Assembly: GCF_001194135.2 (NCBI RefSeq)
Contig: NC_068981.1
Coordinates: 164,852,753-164,916,752 of the forward strand
From: Octopus bimaculoides
Taxonomy: Eukaryota
Length of the DNA: 64,000 bases
Direction of reading: 5' to 3'
The notes under the pieces are model-generated. The model was not told where the DNA came from. It saw only the letters and a list, made by a program, of their open reading frames with translations, and searched no databases. Both the position numbers and the translations under genes were made by a program. This document shows, piece after piece, positions 52,566 through 64,000 of the stretch (within the stretch, counting starts at the first letter, position 1; every line of letters starts with the position of its first letter).

Positions 52566-53644
52566 ATTTTCATACCTTTGTTTTCTTTTGTTTTTGTTTT
52601 TGTTTCTGCTTTTATTTAGTACACAATGGCCAGCGAAATTATTATCTCCTTGTGTTATTGAGAAGGTTTCTGGTGTATTGTTCATCTAAGGAGTTCACCG
52701 TTTGTTACTGATACAGTATATGTTATCTTTAGTATTCGTACAAAGGATCGTCTCTGTACAATTTAGATAAGCTTTCGCCTTAGTCTCTGAACGCAAATTG
52801 ATCTTCCATCATCTTTGATTATGTTAACCCAGTTGTTCCATCAACACGACTTTCTATTCCCTGAATAATAACATAAACTGAGTGTTCCTCCATAAACTTG
52901 TACCATTAATGCAATTCTGTAACTCAAAACATCACTAGAGATTTTGGAATCACAGGTACGGTTCTTGTATCGTAATAGTGCAATTGGCTGAAAGTTCCAG
53001 TGGCACATTTGTACCATTAACAACAACCGCTCATAAAGAATATTTACCATCATGCAATCCACCTTAATTGAATCAAGTTAGAATGTTATAGGTTAATCAT
53101 GATTTATTGTCCTATCCTACGTTAATAACCTACGTTGTTTCCCCTGCCTTATTTTTTTTCTTTCTTGCAAAAATTAGTCATGATTTGTTCTCATGGTTAG
53201 GAGTATAATTTTAATTAAAATTTCTTCTCTTAATACATCAAGTATCTAATAGTCCACTTTACTGTTAGGTTTTCATACAGCAGGCATCCATGTGTATTTT
53301 CCCCAGTCATTCTTTATTAATATCTCAACTTGGCGTTTCAGTATCTTTTATTGAATTTATGCTGCGTTAAACAATTACCCATAACTACTACACTCACTTG
53401 ATAATTTAATAACTGGTGTTTTCAGTCAAATAAAATAAAATACTAAATACGTTTATAATTTCATTAGAATATTCACCCTGTCAAATTATGAGCAGTAATC
53501 GAAATTTAAAAATTAAATAAACAAGTTTGAAAAAAACTGAAAAGTTATTTCCCCTCCCAACTAAACTCTGCATCAAAAGTGGGTCACACTAATTCTTCAT
53601 TCTCTTGACTATCACAACATGGCGTTCTCACTTCGCTTTGTCGT

Positions 53645-53679
<35 letters not shown>

Positions 53680-53681
53680 GC

Positions 53682-53731
<50 letters not shown>

Positions 53732-54359
53732 GTCTGTCTATCTATCTATATCACAATCTCATCTTATATGTAGTCACAATCCTCGAACATTTTCCACATT
53801 CTATTTTAAATGCATAAAATCCAATATATTATCACTATGTGGTTGCTTGACTCGCCAAAACTAGCAGCTAATTTTCACCAAATGACACCATAGTATCTAA
53901 GAAAAGGACACATTACATGCGGATCTGAGTTCCTTGCATGTAAAAAAAAAAGTTGGGATGGACACGACTGGAATTCCTTTTTTTATTAGTTTGATCGATC
54001 ATGATTGTAGTATATATTTTGAAATTTGACTCATCTACGAATTACAGGAAGCGACTGTAATTGTAACAGTTGATGATGTTGTTAACGTCGTTGGTATTTA
54101 ACCTCAAGTTAGTTCTAATAAAACAGACTAAACGGTTCCGACCATCGCCAGCTTACTTCACTTGCGCTCTATGTATCTAAGTCTCCATTTAACCAATACA
54201 TTTCTTCTTCTTTAAAGATGACAAGGAATGTTTTGAGAATGATCATATACTACGGATCCTTTATAGCTTTGTAAATAGCTTTCTAAATGCAGTGTGCAAT
54301 GGTTAAGCATTTGCCTAATTGGGAATGGAATGTTTTTCATTTATTTACCTTGTTGTATA

Positions 54360-54778
54360 GGCGTAGGAGTGGCTGTGTGGTAAGTAGCTTGCTTACCAAC
54401 CACATGGTCCTGGGTTCAGTCCCACTGCGTGGCACCTTCGGCAGGTGTCTTCTACTGTAGCCTCGGGCCGACCAAAGGCTCGTGAGTCGATTTGGTAGAC
54501 GGAAACTGAAAGAAGCCCGTCGTATATATGTATATATATATGTGTGTGTGTGTNNNNNNNNNNATGTGTGTGTGTGTCTGTATTTATCCCCCCAACATCG
54601 CTTGACAACCAATGCTGGTGTGTTTACGTCCCCGTAACTTAGCGGTTCAGCAAAAAGAGATCGATAGAATAAGTACTAGGCTTACAAAGAATAAGTCCTG
54701 AGGTCGATTTGCTCGACTAAAGGCGGTGCTCCAGCATGGCCGCAGTCAAATGACTGAAACAAGTAAAAGAGTAAAAGA
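54360..54778 (+). mobile_element. Microsatellite-containing tRNA SINE, full length
   Basis: Head GGCGTAGGAGTGGCTGTGTGGTAAG, B-box GGGTTCAGTCCC, central (TA)(TG)n and tail GAAACAAGTAAAAGAGTAAAAGA. Confidence 0.92.
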
Positions 54779-54809
54779 ATTGCCGTTTAAAGAAATGTAG
54801 AGTCTACAA

Positions 54810-55700
54810 CCGTGGTAATCAACCATTTTTTGTCAATGGAGCCCTTTCGATTTATATTCTATATGGGCAGACTCTCATAGCCATTCAATGTTTAAAATAT
54901 CCTATTACTATATTTTTATAGTTAAATGTTATAGTAATTATTTTAAAAAATTAAAACATTTTGTGTATTGTAGATGTATGCTCTCTTTTACTCTTTTACT
55001 TGTTTCAGTCATTTGACTGCGGCCATGCTGGAGCACCGCCTTTAGTCGGGCAAATCAACTCCAGGACTTATTCTTTGTAAGCCTAGTACTTATTCTATCG
55101 GTCTCTTTTTGCCGAACCGCTAAGTTACGGGGACGTAAACACACCAGCATCGGTTGTCAAGCAATGTTTGGGGAACAAACACAGACACACAAACATATAC
55201 ACACACAAAAATATTTATATATATATATATATATGTGTGTATGTGTGTGTGCGTATGTATGTATGTAAAATTAAAACATAGGGTAAAAAATCAGATATTA
55301 ATTAATATCGANNNNNNNNNNATGTATGTATGTAAAATTAAAACATAGGGTAAAAAATCAGATATTAATTAATATCGATTTATTACCAGGAAGCTAGCAC
55401 ATTTAAAGAATCAGAGAGATTCAGAAAAAATATCTGAGATCTTAGGGGATTATATATGTATGTATGTATATATATATACATATATACGACGGGCTTCTTT
55501 TCCGTTTCCGTCTACCAAATCCACTCACAAGGCTTTGGTCGGCCCGAGGTTATAGTAGAAGACACTTCTACTATACCATGCAGTGGGACTGAACCCAGAA
55601 CCATGTGGTTGGTAAGCAAGCTACTTACCACACAGTCAAATTTTGACAACAAAATCATAAATGGACCAAGGGTCATATGGTCCCTGGTTGAGAATCACTG
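54810..55700. mobile_element. hAT (Charlie-type) non-autonomous element containing a nested SINE
   Basis: TIR-like CCGTGGTAATCAACC and GGTTGAGAATCACTG. 8-bp flanks GTCTACAA/GTCTAGAG fit the NTCTAGAN target preference. Confidence 0.7.
54984..55637 (-). mobile_element. Microsatellite-containing tRNA SINE (inverted relative to 54360 copy)
   Basis: Reverse complement aligns to the 54360 copy in both halves. The centre is expanded around an N gap. Confidence 0.9.
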
Positions 55701-55904
55701 GTCTAGAGAATATGTCATGCCGATGGGCCTGTTCTTAATAATATAAATCATGTAATACCCCCAATACAAAAATAATATAAGGTTGACATTTCTTTTCTAA
55801 GGGCCGATAAGATAAAACCCAGTAATATGTATGGGGTTCGATTAAACCTACTAAACTCTCCAAACGTGTACGTCTTCATATATATGTTAGAGATCAATAT
55901 ATCT

Positions 55905-56060
55905 GAAAACGAGTTCAAATCTCACCGATGTCGACTATACCCATCGTCTTTCTGTGGTCGATAAAATAAATACCAGTTGAGTACTGTTGCTGATCAATTA
56001 TCGACTCTATTCATCCCCCCACAAATTTAAGACCTTGTATCTAGGTTAGGAATCGATATT
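55905..56060 (+). mobile_element. MetaSINE-core SINE fragment
   Basis: GAGTTCAAATCTCACCGATGTCGAC...GTGGTCGATAAAATAAATACCAG. Confidence 0.7.
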
Positions 56061-56318
56061 ATATTCTGAGAGACTTATAATATCGTTAATCTATATGTTT
56101 TTTAATAGAAAGAATCTTATCTGAATGTTGACACCGATAATAGCCTGGAGTAATTCCTCTCTTGTTGAATTTGACAAATACAGGAATGAATTTACCTTTT
56201 TTTTTTTCTTCAATAAGTTGACTAGATATATAGTATTTCTTCAAATAAAATATTAATACTGTATTGATTAGCTTCGAGCGAATTCTTGTTTTTGTTGTTG
56301 TTAACACTGCTGCTTCTG

Positions 56319-56320
56319 CT

Positions 56321-56366
<46 letters not shown>

Positions 56367-56368
56367 AA

Positions 56369-56399
<31 letters not shown>

Positions 56400-56413
56400 A
56401 AGCNNNNNNNNNN

Positions 56414-56449
<36 letters not shown>

Positions 56450-56453
56450 CATT

Positions 56454-56480
<27 letters not shown>
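56319..56480. repeat. (GTA)n/(GCA)n/(GCT)n microsatellites
   Basis: Direct reading. Includes a small gap. Confidence 0.95.
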
Positions 56481-56485
<5 letters not shown>

Positions 56486-57554
56486 TCAGTGGTAGTATTA
56501 GTTTTGATGATGGTTGTAGTGGTTTGGTCTAACATCCGTGAAGCCTGAACAGGCAGAATTATTATCAAAGGCATCCCAAATATAGCCATCTCACCTTTTC
56601 TGTAACGAGAAATCCAGGATTACATCATCTAATTTATGTATTAGGTATTTAAGAGTTTAGCGTATAATTTGAATTCGGCTACCATTTCCTGCAGATCAAA
56701 TGACTATATAGAGGCTATCACGTAAACTCGAATTCTTAGTTATAACCTGAATGTCCACGACGGAAAAACCATTGATCACAGAATTGCTTAATTAGGGTCC
56801 ACTTGGGGCTAAGAAACAAGTACCATAGAATAGGAACGACAAGCTGCTGTAATGAGCAGTAGAATAGTATAAATGATGAGTGTTCTATTTGTTTGGAAAT
56901 TTAAATCTTTCTGTGCGCACGGTTTACCAAGAAGTTAATGGTAGATATATATTACATGAAAATTTGAGCAAAGAAGAATGATTTGTGTCGGCGTTCGCTG
57001 CTAATGAACCCCCCCCCCCATAGTCTTATATATATGTGTATATATATATAAAAGAAATAACTTGTTGTATGAGGCATGTTGGTCATGGATGGAATGTCTT
57101 TGGTCATAGTTGTACTCTACAAGAACTGATCTCGAGTTAACTTGCAATATTACAGGAAAACAAACTTTAACTGTGCCGTGAGATATTAGTTTTGGGTCTC
57201 AGTAACTCTTGACTGAAGAGGTAGTTCTGATAAAGCATTAAATAACAAGAGTGACTTAGGGTGCTTCTAGATGGCAGCTCTCGCTACTAAATATAGCACC
57301 CAATTCTCCTTCTTATGGCACCGTACACTCCCGAAAAAGAGACGGCACATTGGATAATTTGGATAATATAAATCTTGATACGTGATCAGCTAATAAAAGA
57401 TGGGATGGTTGTGCTTGGGTCGGATTTGATCATAGTCAGTTCAGTTTGAACCGGGATGAAACAAGAAGCACAATATGTATTAAATTATCAGAGACTAATT
57501 TTTTCTGAAGTCCTGTGCTATGATGGGGTTTCTTAATGATGTTCCTTGACATTG

Positions 57555-57931
57555 GTGGAAGCGCAATGGCCCAGTGGTTAGGGAAGCGGACTCGCGGTCA
57601 TAGGATCGCGGTTTCGATTCCCAGACCGGGCGTTGTGACTGTTTCTTGAGCGAAAACACCTAAAGCTCCACGAGGCTCTGGCAGGGGATGGTGGCGAACC
57701 CTGCTGTACTCTTTCACCACAACTTTCTCTCACTCTTACTTCCTGTTTCTGTTGTGCCTGTAATTCAAAGGGTCAGCCTTGTCACACTGTGTCTCGTTGA
57801 ATATCTCCGAGAACTACGTTAAGGATACACGTGTGTGTGGAGTGCTCAGCCACTTGCACGTTAATTTCACGAGCAGGCTTTTCCGTTGATCAACTGGAAC
57901 CTTCGACGTCGTAAGCGACGGAGTGCCAACA
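57555..57931 (+). mobile_element. tRNA-Arg-headed SINE (OR-like), full length
   Basis: A/B boxes as in the 1615 copy. 12-bp perfect TSD TCCTTGACATTG (57543-57554 and 57932-57943). Confidence 0.95.
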
Positions 57932-58084
57932 TCCTTGACATTGAAGCAATACGTTTAACTCTATGTCACACTTCAATTATTTTATTGCCAAGAAAACGGA
58001 ACTTCCTTCACCATAGTTGGTGCAAGTTTCTGTCGTTAGTTGAGATGTTACTGCTTTTCTTACTGTTTGGTGGGATGGGTTTTC

Positions 58085-58196
<112 letters not shown>

Positions 58197-58446
58197 ACTA
58201 CATTTTAACAAATAGATTGTGCACTACGATTAATACAATGATAATCAAAAAGGCACAACCAGGTGTACAGGCAGCCGTTTGTCTTCTCACATCAGAACAC
58301 CGGTGCATGATTATCCAGCGGTAAATGAAAGAAAAAACAAAGTGGAAAAGATTATTGGCTATTCCCAGGCTATCAAAAATATCACAATCTCATATAGGGG
58401 ATCAATGCATCTATAACTGAAACATATATATATATATATATATATA

Positions 58447-58607
58447 AGGGCATTAACTACCAAAGTTAAGTTGAGTTAAATGTTTTTAAGAGATAAATTT
58501 TGAAAGCTGCATTCCCTCGCTTTCGGTAAATATGTTGCTTATTTTTGGTAGTTTTTGACTTATTTAGTCCCTCGAAGCGTGAGGCATTAATACACAGTTA
58601 ATGCCCT
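58447..58607. mobile_element. Small TA-flanked MITE
   Basis: Perfect 12-bp TIR AGGGCATTAACT/AGTTAATGCCCT, flanked by TA/(TA)n on both sides. Confidence 0.7.
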
Positions 58608-58959
58608 TATATATAATTAATTATATTAATTATATTTATGAAGAAACGATGAATTTTTTCATTACGAAATTTTTCGTTATTTTTTCATTATGAGGTTTTT
58701 TTCACGCTGACTACTTGATAAATTCTTATAAAGAATTTATCCTATATTATATTATATATATATATATATACACACGCAGATACAACTTACATTAAACAAA
58801 GAATAACTGCTCTAAAGAATAATTGCTCTGAAATCATATTCAACCACGTGAAAATAGTAAAATACACATAAACAATGGACATTGGTTAAAGAAGTTAGAA
58901 ATCGAGGTTGTCATGATTGAATATCAAAATTCATTTAATAGTACTTTAAACAGAAGTGG

Positions 58960-59072
58960 TGTAAATAATCCTTTCTACGAAAGGCACAAGGCCTGAAATT
59001 TTGGGGGTACTTAAATTTATCGACCCCGAAAGGATGAAAGACAAAGTCAACCTCAGTGGAATCTGAACTGAT
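58960..59072 (-). mobile_element. MetaSINE-core SINE fragment
   Basis: Plus-strand TTTATCGACCCCGAAAGGATGAAAGACAAAGTCAACCTC is the reverse complement of the core. Confidence 0.75.
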
Positions 59073-61669
59073 GTAAATAATAGTAATAATAATAATAATA
59101 GTATTAACAACCAGCGATAATTACATATTGTGACCGATGAGCATAACATTAGTGATGTAAATAAGTCTACATATTACGACTTCAGAAAGCTGCATTACTT
59201 TGAAACTTCAAATGCCACCTTTGTTTCTGCAGTCTGGCAACATTTAATAGCAGCTAAACAAGAAGAAACTCGCAATAGATGCATCATCAGTTTGATAAAT
59301 TTCTTAGAATATGTCTAAGTGACTCAAATGAGTTTTATTCATATTTTTAAGAGACCAACTTAGTTCGAATGGTGCTATTAGAAATGTACATATAGAGATA
59401 ATAAATCACATTATAATCCACAATTATATTACTCGGTTTAACAATTTCCTATAAGTTATCATTTTCACAAGAATAGACTTTGCAGGGTAACATAAATTAT
59501 GAATCGTCACAAAAAGCAGACATTACCGACATTGAATAGATATAACTAGAAGAAATTAAAATATAGAACAGATAGTCAATATGGTGATGCAAATAAAATA
59601 TCTTAACAAAAATTCACTTCTTATGATAATGATAATCAACTGCAACGTAAACAATGAGCATCACTGCGAATACTCGAATGGTTAAAAGAAAATATATCCA
59701 ACATTCGAAAAATATGATTCTTTGAAAATGACACACTTGAAAACAAACCAGAAAAGTCCTGCATGAAAGTACAGATTGTGTTTTTCTTTTTTTTTTTTTT
59801 TTTTTTTTTTCTTACAATATTCGTTACATTGAAGTATCATACAATTTGGAAAACCAATTTTGATATCGAAATCAAATACAACAAAAGCAATAATCAGTTA
59901 GAGGAATACGAATCAACAATACAACATTGAAAACCCTTCTAATTGAAAATCTTCTCTTTAAACAGCTTTGTATGTTCTACATAACAACATTTAAAATTTT
60001 TGCTGACATTCATTAGATATATCGTACTACTAAGCAACAGTTATTTTCAATCACTCTTAAGCAATACGGTACATGCGCTGAGTTGGCTCATTATCAGTAA
60101 GACAGTAATTATCACCAAGAGCAACAAATAGCACCTCGAATAATCACCAGATTACTCAGCCAACTATGCATCATACTGTATATACACGGTAAACAGGCTA
60201 GTTGTTATGGTTTTCGTCCTAAGATAACATCACTTAAGGACGTGCTGTGTTAAAAACACAATAGATATCACAGGAAGGCGAAAGTTTTCCCAGCAGTGGC
60301 AACGGATTTTTGTGCTGCTCGGTGGCTATTCGTAACCAGTTAATGCTTTATTCACTGTTTTCTATATCAGTGGCCACGATGAATTCTTGTCTGAGCATGT
60401 CACTAGCTACGAGTACACATCATTGAAAAAACCCCAAAGAGCCGATATACATCTGGCGCTCTGGTTGTCATGAGCTAAAGGTAAGCATCTAAATCAATGC
60501 CTTATATTAAGTTATTCAATACTGCGCAGTGGGCCTTCTTGCAGGTATTTTTTACTCCAGCTCTGCTCGTTAGCATCATCGGTTCCGAACACCTCGTACT
60601 AACTTTCATAAACTCTGCTCTAGTTGAGTGAAAATACATCCCTACACACGATAGGTAAGGCTTTATTTAAATGCTCCTCTGGGGGTCACACTTGAAACTA
60701 CCACGCTTTTCGAGACGGACGGTCATATAACTTTCCACCTCACGTTTGATCGGTGAAAGTTACGAGAAAAGCTTGTAGAATTTTTCGAGACAGATTCGTC
60801 GCAGATTTTTTGTTCTTTCTCGAGACATTGGTAAAGCTATTTCTTTTATTGTGCGCTTTGCAAAAATTTCAGCTATCATCAGTGATAATGTTTACATTAC
60901 AAATGTATCCGTTTGCGTTTTATTTTCGATTATCCAAAATATCAATGTTTATGCTTGAAATTTGATTATTTGTCTAGTTGTCATGTTTTTTTCCTTTTTA
61001 CTACGTCTTCCTATAAGCTGTTTTTAGTTTCACAGTCTTCAACAAATTTTTCTTCGAAAATCTTGTCTGTGTATACACTGCTGACGGGTTTGCGGTTAGC
61101 AGCTGTTACCACTATTTTTTTTTTATATAAATAAATGAAAGTTTTCAAAATAAAATATATGAAAATGTTCAAAAGCAAAACTATATCTTTTTTGTTTGTG
61201 TGTTTATTCATTCACAAGTTCTATATTTTAATAATCTATGCGAAAAGAAAACGACGTTAGGTAAAACATAGTGATATCCGAGTCATTCAAAACTTCTATT
61301 GCAGACGTCTGCTCACGGCAAACAACCGCAAAAACACCAATGATAACAACAACAACGACAACAATAATAACAACAACAAAAACAATAACAACAATAACAA
61401 CAACAATACTTGTTATTACTGTTATTATCTTCTTTCAATTTTCTTTCCATTTTTTGCCGAGTATCTTCCCAACACCTAGGGCAAAGAAACTCACTGTATA
61501 CATTAATAGACCATTAAAACAAACACACCAGATTGTTCATTTACAAAGTCATGAGATAGTAAAGAAAAAAGGGAAGAAAGACAGAGGAAAGAAGAAAGCA
61601 AAAAAGAAAAGTATGAAAAAAGAAAACAAAGAAAATGAGGAAAAGGTAAGAAATTTCACAGGGACATTG

Positions 61670-61965
61670 CTCTTTTCAATGCGAATGATGTAACGGTTAA
61701 GATAATTTTTTTGCACTTCCTGCATGGATGGTAAGCTAGATATCATCCTCAAATAATTTTCAGTTTCCTTCTTCATCATACAAAGTTCTCCTACAATCAC
61801 TGGTATTGCAACCGACTTGAGATGCCACATTTTTTCGATTTCAATCAGCCAATCTTTTAATTTTCTGACCTTATGAAATTCTTTTGCCGAGATATTATTA
61901 TCACAAGGTCAATCAAGAAACAGATTTTATTATTTTGTCTTTCACAAAAATATCTGGCTTATTGA
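61670..61965 (-). pseudogene. Older R4/Dong LINE RLE/C-terminal fragment
   Basis: NKPDIFVKDK..(C)FLIDL; LIEIEKMWHLKSVAIPVIVGELCMMKK..NYL..IS.LP...EVQK. Confidence 0.78.
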
Positions 61966-61971
61966 CCTTGA

Positions 61972-62018
<47 letters not shown>

Positions 62019-62032
<14 letters not shown>

Positions 62033-62500
62033 TAGTTTTATTTTTATAACGTACTTTCACTTCACTACCGAGCGCAGCTCTGTGCGCCTTGGGTATGTGC
62101 TGTGGTTTGCTGTGGTGCTCTTATGTTTACTGTATTGAAAGTGTTTTGCGTAGAATGTGTGCAGTACCCAGTAGTGCAATTTTCTGTATGCTGCCATAGT
62201 GCTTACGGCTCTTTTCTTTTAGGGTTCCTTTCATCAGCCAACCCTCCCCGCTATTTTTTTCCAGCAACTTCTGTTGTGGCTACATGGAATTGATTGTGTA
62301 GTCCATCCTTGCGTAATTCTTCTTCATGTCCACAGGTTGACCCTCCAGTGTGTGGCCAAAGCTTGGCTCTGCGCTGCCAGTATGTTGCTCTCTTCTCTTT
62401 TTTTAGGGTTCCTTCCATCAACCAACCCTACCCATTTTTTCCAGCAACTTCTGTTGTGGCTATCTACCCCAGGTCTAAATCAGAATGTTCATTCTCCTAG
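62019..62500 (-). mobile_element. R4/Dong LINE derivative ending in (TAA)n (internally deleted or chimeric)
   Basis: The 3' ~170 bp (IQKIALLGTAHILRKTLSIQ* plus UTR) differs by 2 substitutions from 63712-63884. Upstream is a duplicated decayed WL..GTLK.E / ILAAQSQALAT segment. Followed by (TAA)n at 61972-62027. Confidence 0.8.
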
Positions 62501-62830
62501 ACAGACTGCCGACCAATCTGGGTAATTATTTACTTGTTTACTACTATAATTTCACTACAACTACTATAATCCCTATCTTATTATTTACTCGTTCACCAAT
62601 ATAGTTTCACAGTTAGTATTATACTTATATTATTACTATAAGGCCGGGGGCCCTAATATTGTCTTCCCCGATTTCTATTGACAAGTAACGGCAGATTTAC
62701 GGCTGTTGGTTTGGTTATTGCTGTTTCTGCGGCGTTAAATAAGGAAGCGGGCTTGTTGTGTCTACTAATACAAGCTGTTTGATTGGACTGCTACTTGACA
62801 TGACTAACGGTTGGAGGTGTTTGGGAGGGA

Positions 62831-63710
62831 ATTTTTGAGAGGAGCGTCGACAAGTTGGAACTAGCATAGTTAAAATATAGACATTTACAAATAAAATCTC
62901 AAAGTTTCAAAGAGCTATAGTAGTATGTCTATAAACATCCCATCGTATTTAGGATAAAGGAATATATCTATGGAAATCACATCTTAGTTAAAATATAAAC
63001 GTCTATAAACATCTTAAAGTTTTAGCAAACATAGAAAATGATAGAAAAGGCTTACACATTTTGGGGGAGAGTTGTTAAATGGCCATCCTATCGTGTGAAG
63101 GATTACAGCAGCACTGAGAACCCATTGGGAGAGGAGGTTTGAGAGAGAGGAAAGGGAGATGCAGAGGAAGCAGGCAGGTAAGCTCGCCAAAATTCCAGCG
63201 TGGGAACCAGTTTACGTATAAAACTCTAGATTTTGGGGGATGACTTAGCATACCCGAGATATGGAAATTTATGAGATTTTTGAGAGGAGCGTTGACAAGT
63301 AGGAGTTAGTACAGCTAAGATATAGAAATTTATATAAACATCTCAAAGTTTTAAGAAGCTATAGTAGTCTAGATATAAACACCACATCGTATTTGCGATA
63401 AAGGAATTTATCTATGGAAAATCACATCATAGTTAAGATATAAACGTCTATAAACGTCTCAAAGTTTTTGCAAACATAGAAAGTAATAGAAAAGGATTAC
63501 ACATTTTTCATGAGAGCTCTTAAATGGCCATCCTACCGTGTGAATGATTACAGCAGCTCTGAAAACCCATTGGAAGAGTCGTTGGAAGGAAGAGAGACGC
63601 AGAGGAAGCAGGCAAGTAAGCTTGCCAAAATTCTAGCGTGGGGGCGAATTTTTATATAGAACTCTAGGTTTTTTTAGAGAACTTAGCATATCTAAGATAT
63701 AGAAATTTAT
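62831..63710. repeat. Tandem dimer of a ~440-bp unit
   Basis: Units 62831-63275 and 63276-63710 are collinear (e.g. TTTTGAGAGGAGCGT.GACAAGT, AAATGGCCATCCTA.CGTGTGAA, GCAGAGGAAGCAGGCA). Roughly 80% identical by eye. Confidence 0.9.
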
Positions 63711-63711
63711 T

Positions 63712-64000
63712 ATTATTATTATTCAGTAGTTTTATTTTTATAACGTGCTTTCACTTCACTACCGAGCGCAGCTCTGTGCGCCTTGGGTATGTGCTGTGGT
63801 TTGCTGTGGTGCTCTTATGTTTACTGTATTGAAAGTGTTTTGCGTAGAATGTGTGCAGTACCCAGTAGTGCAATTTTTTGTATGTTATATATATTTGTAA
63901 GTCCTGGTGTTTTTGTTATGTATTTGTCTGAATATTTTTTTATTATACCTAAGGCACCTACTATGATAGGAATTGTTTCTGTTTTTAGATTCCACATTCG
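63712..64000 (-). mobile_element. Young R4/Dong-clade LINE 3' end (continues beyond window)
   Basis: Uninterrupted minus-strand frame 64000-63821: RMWNLKTETIPIIVGALGIIKKYSDKYITKTPGLTNIYNIQKIALLGTAHILRKTLSIQ*. Short 3' UTR, then a (TAA)n tail. Confidence 0.92.

Noticed and set aside
55250-55380. Direct duplication across a 9-N gap (also 40140-40295)
   Set aside because: Identical sequence either side of a small gap is a typical contig-overlap assembly artefact.

Overview
AT-rich, repeat-dense animal genomic DNA from a gapped draft assembly (many N runs). The SINE families and microsatellite load suggest an octopus or other cephalopod (inference from remembered SINE descriptions, not a database search). 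I found no host protein-coding exon I can support, so the window looks intronic or intergenic. Most ORFs in the supplied track are artefacts of N gaps or microsatellites. Content: (i) at least four SINE families, including a tRNA-Arg-headed family with clear TSDs, MetaSINE-core elements and a microsatellite-containing tRNA SINE; (ii) decayed non-LTR retroelements: Penelope-like elements (a Naiad-type RT remnant, a second RT remnant, and a GIY-YIG 3' end), R4/Dong pieces next to (TAA)n, an L1/Tx1 ORF2 fragment and several RLE-endonuclease LINE ends; (iii) DNA transposons: two mariner pseudogenes, hAT-type MITEs, and a TIR element carrying internal (TTAGGG)n. The most interesting signal is a set of minimal hammerhead-ribozyme-like motifs with palindromic helix III in three different core variants. 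These are three dispersed ~190-bp repeats with a CUGUNGA(A) core, a TSD-flanked foldback insertion with two divergent UUGAAAA (U3-A8) cores, and a UUGAUGA motif just downstream of the GIY-YIG ORF. All alignments and translations were done by eye, so coordinates of decayed elements are approximate.
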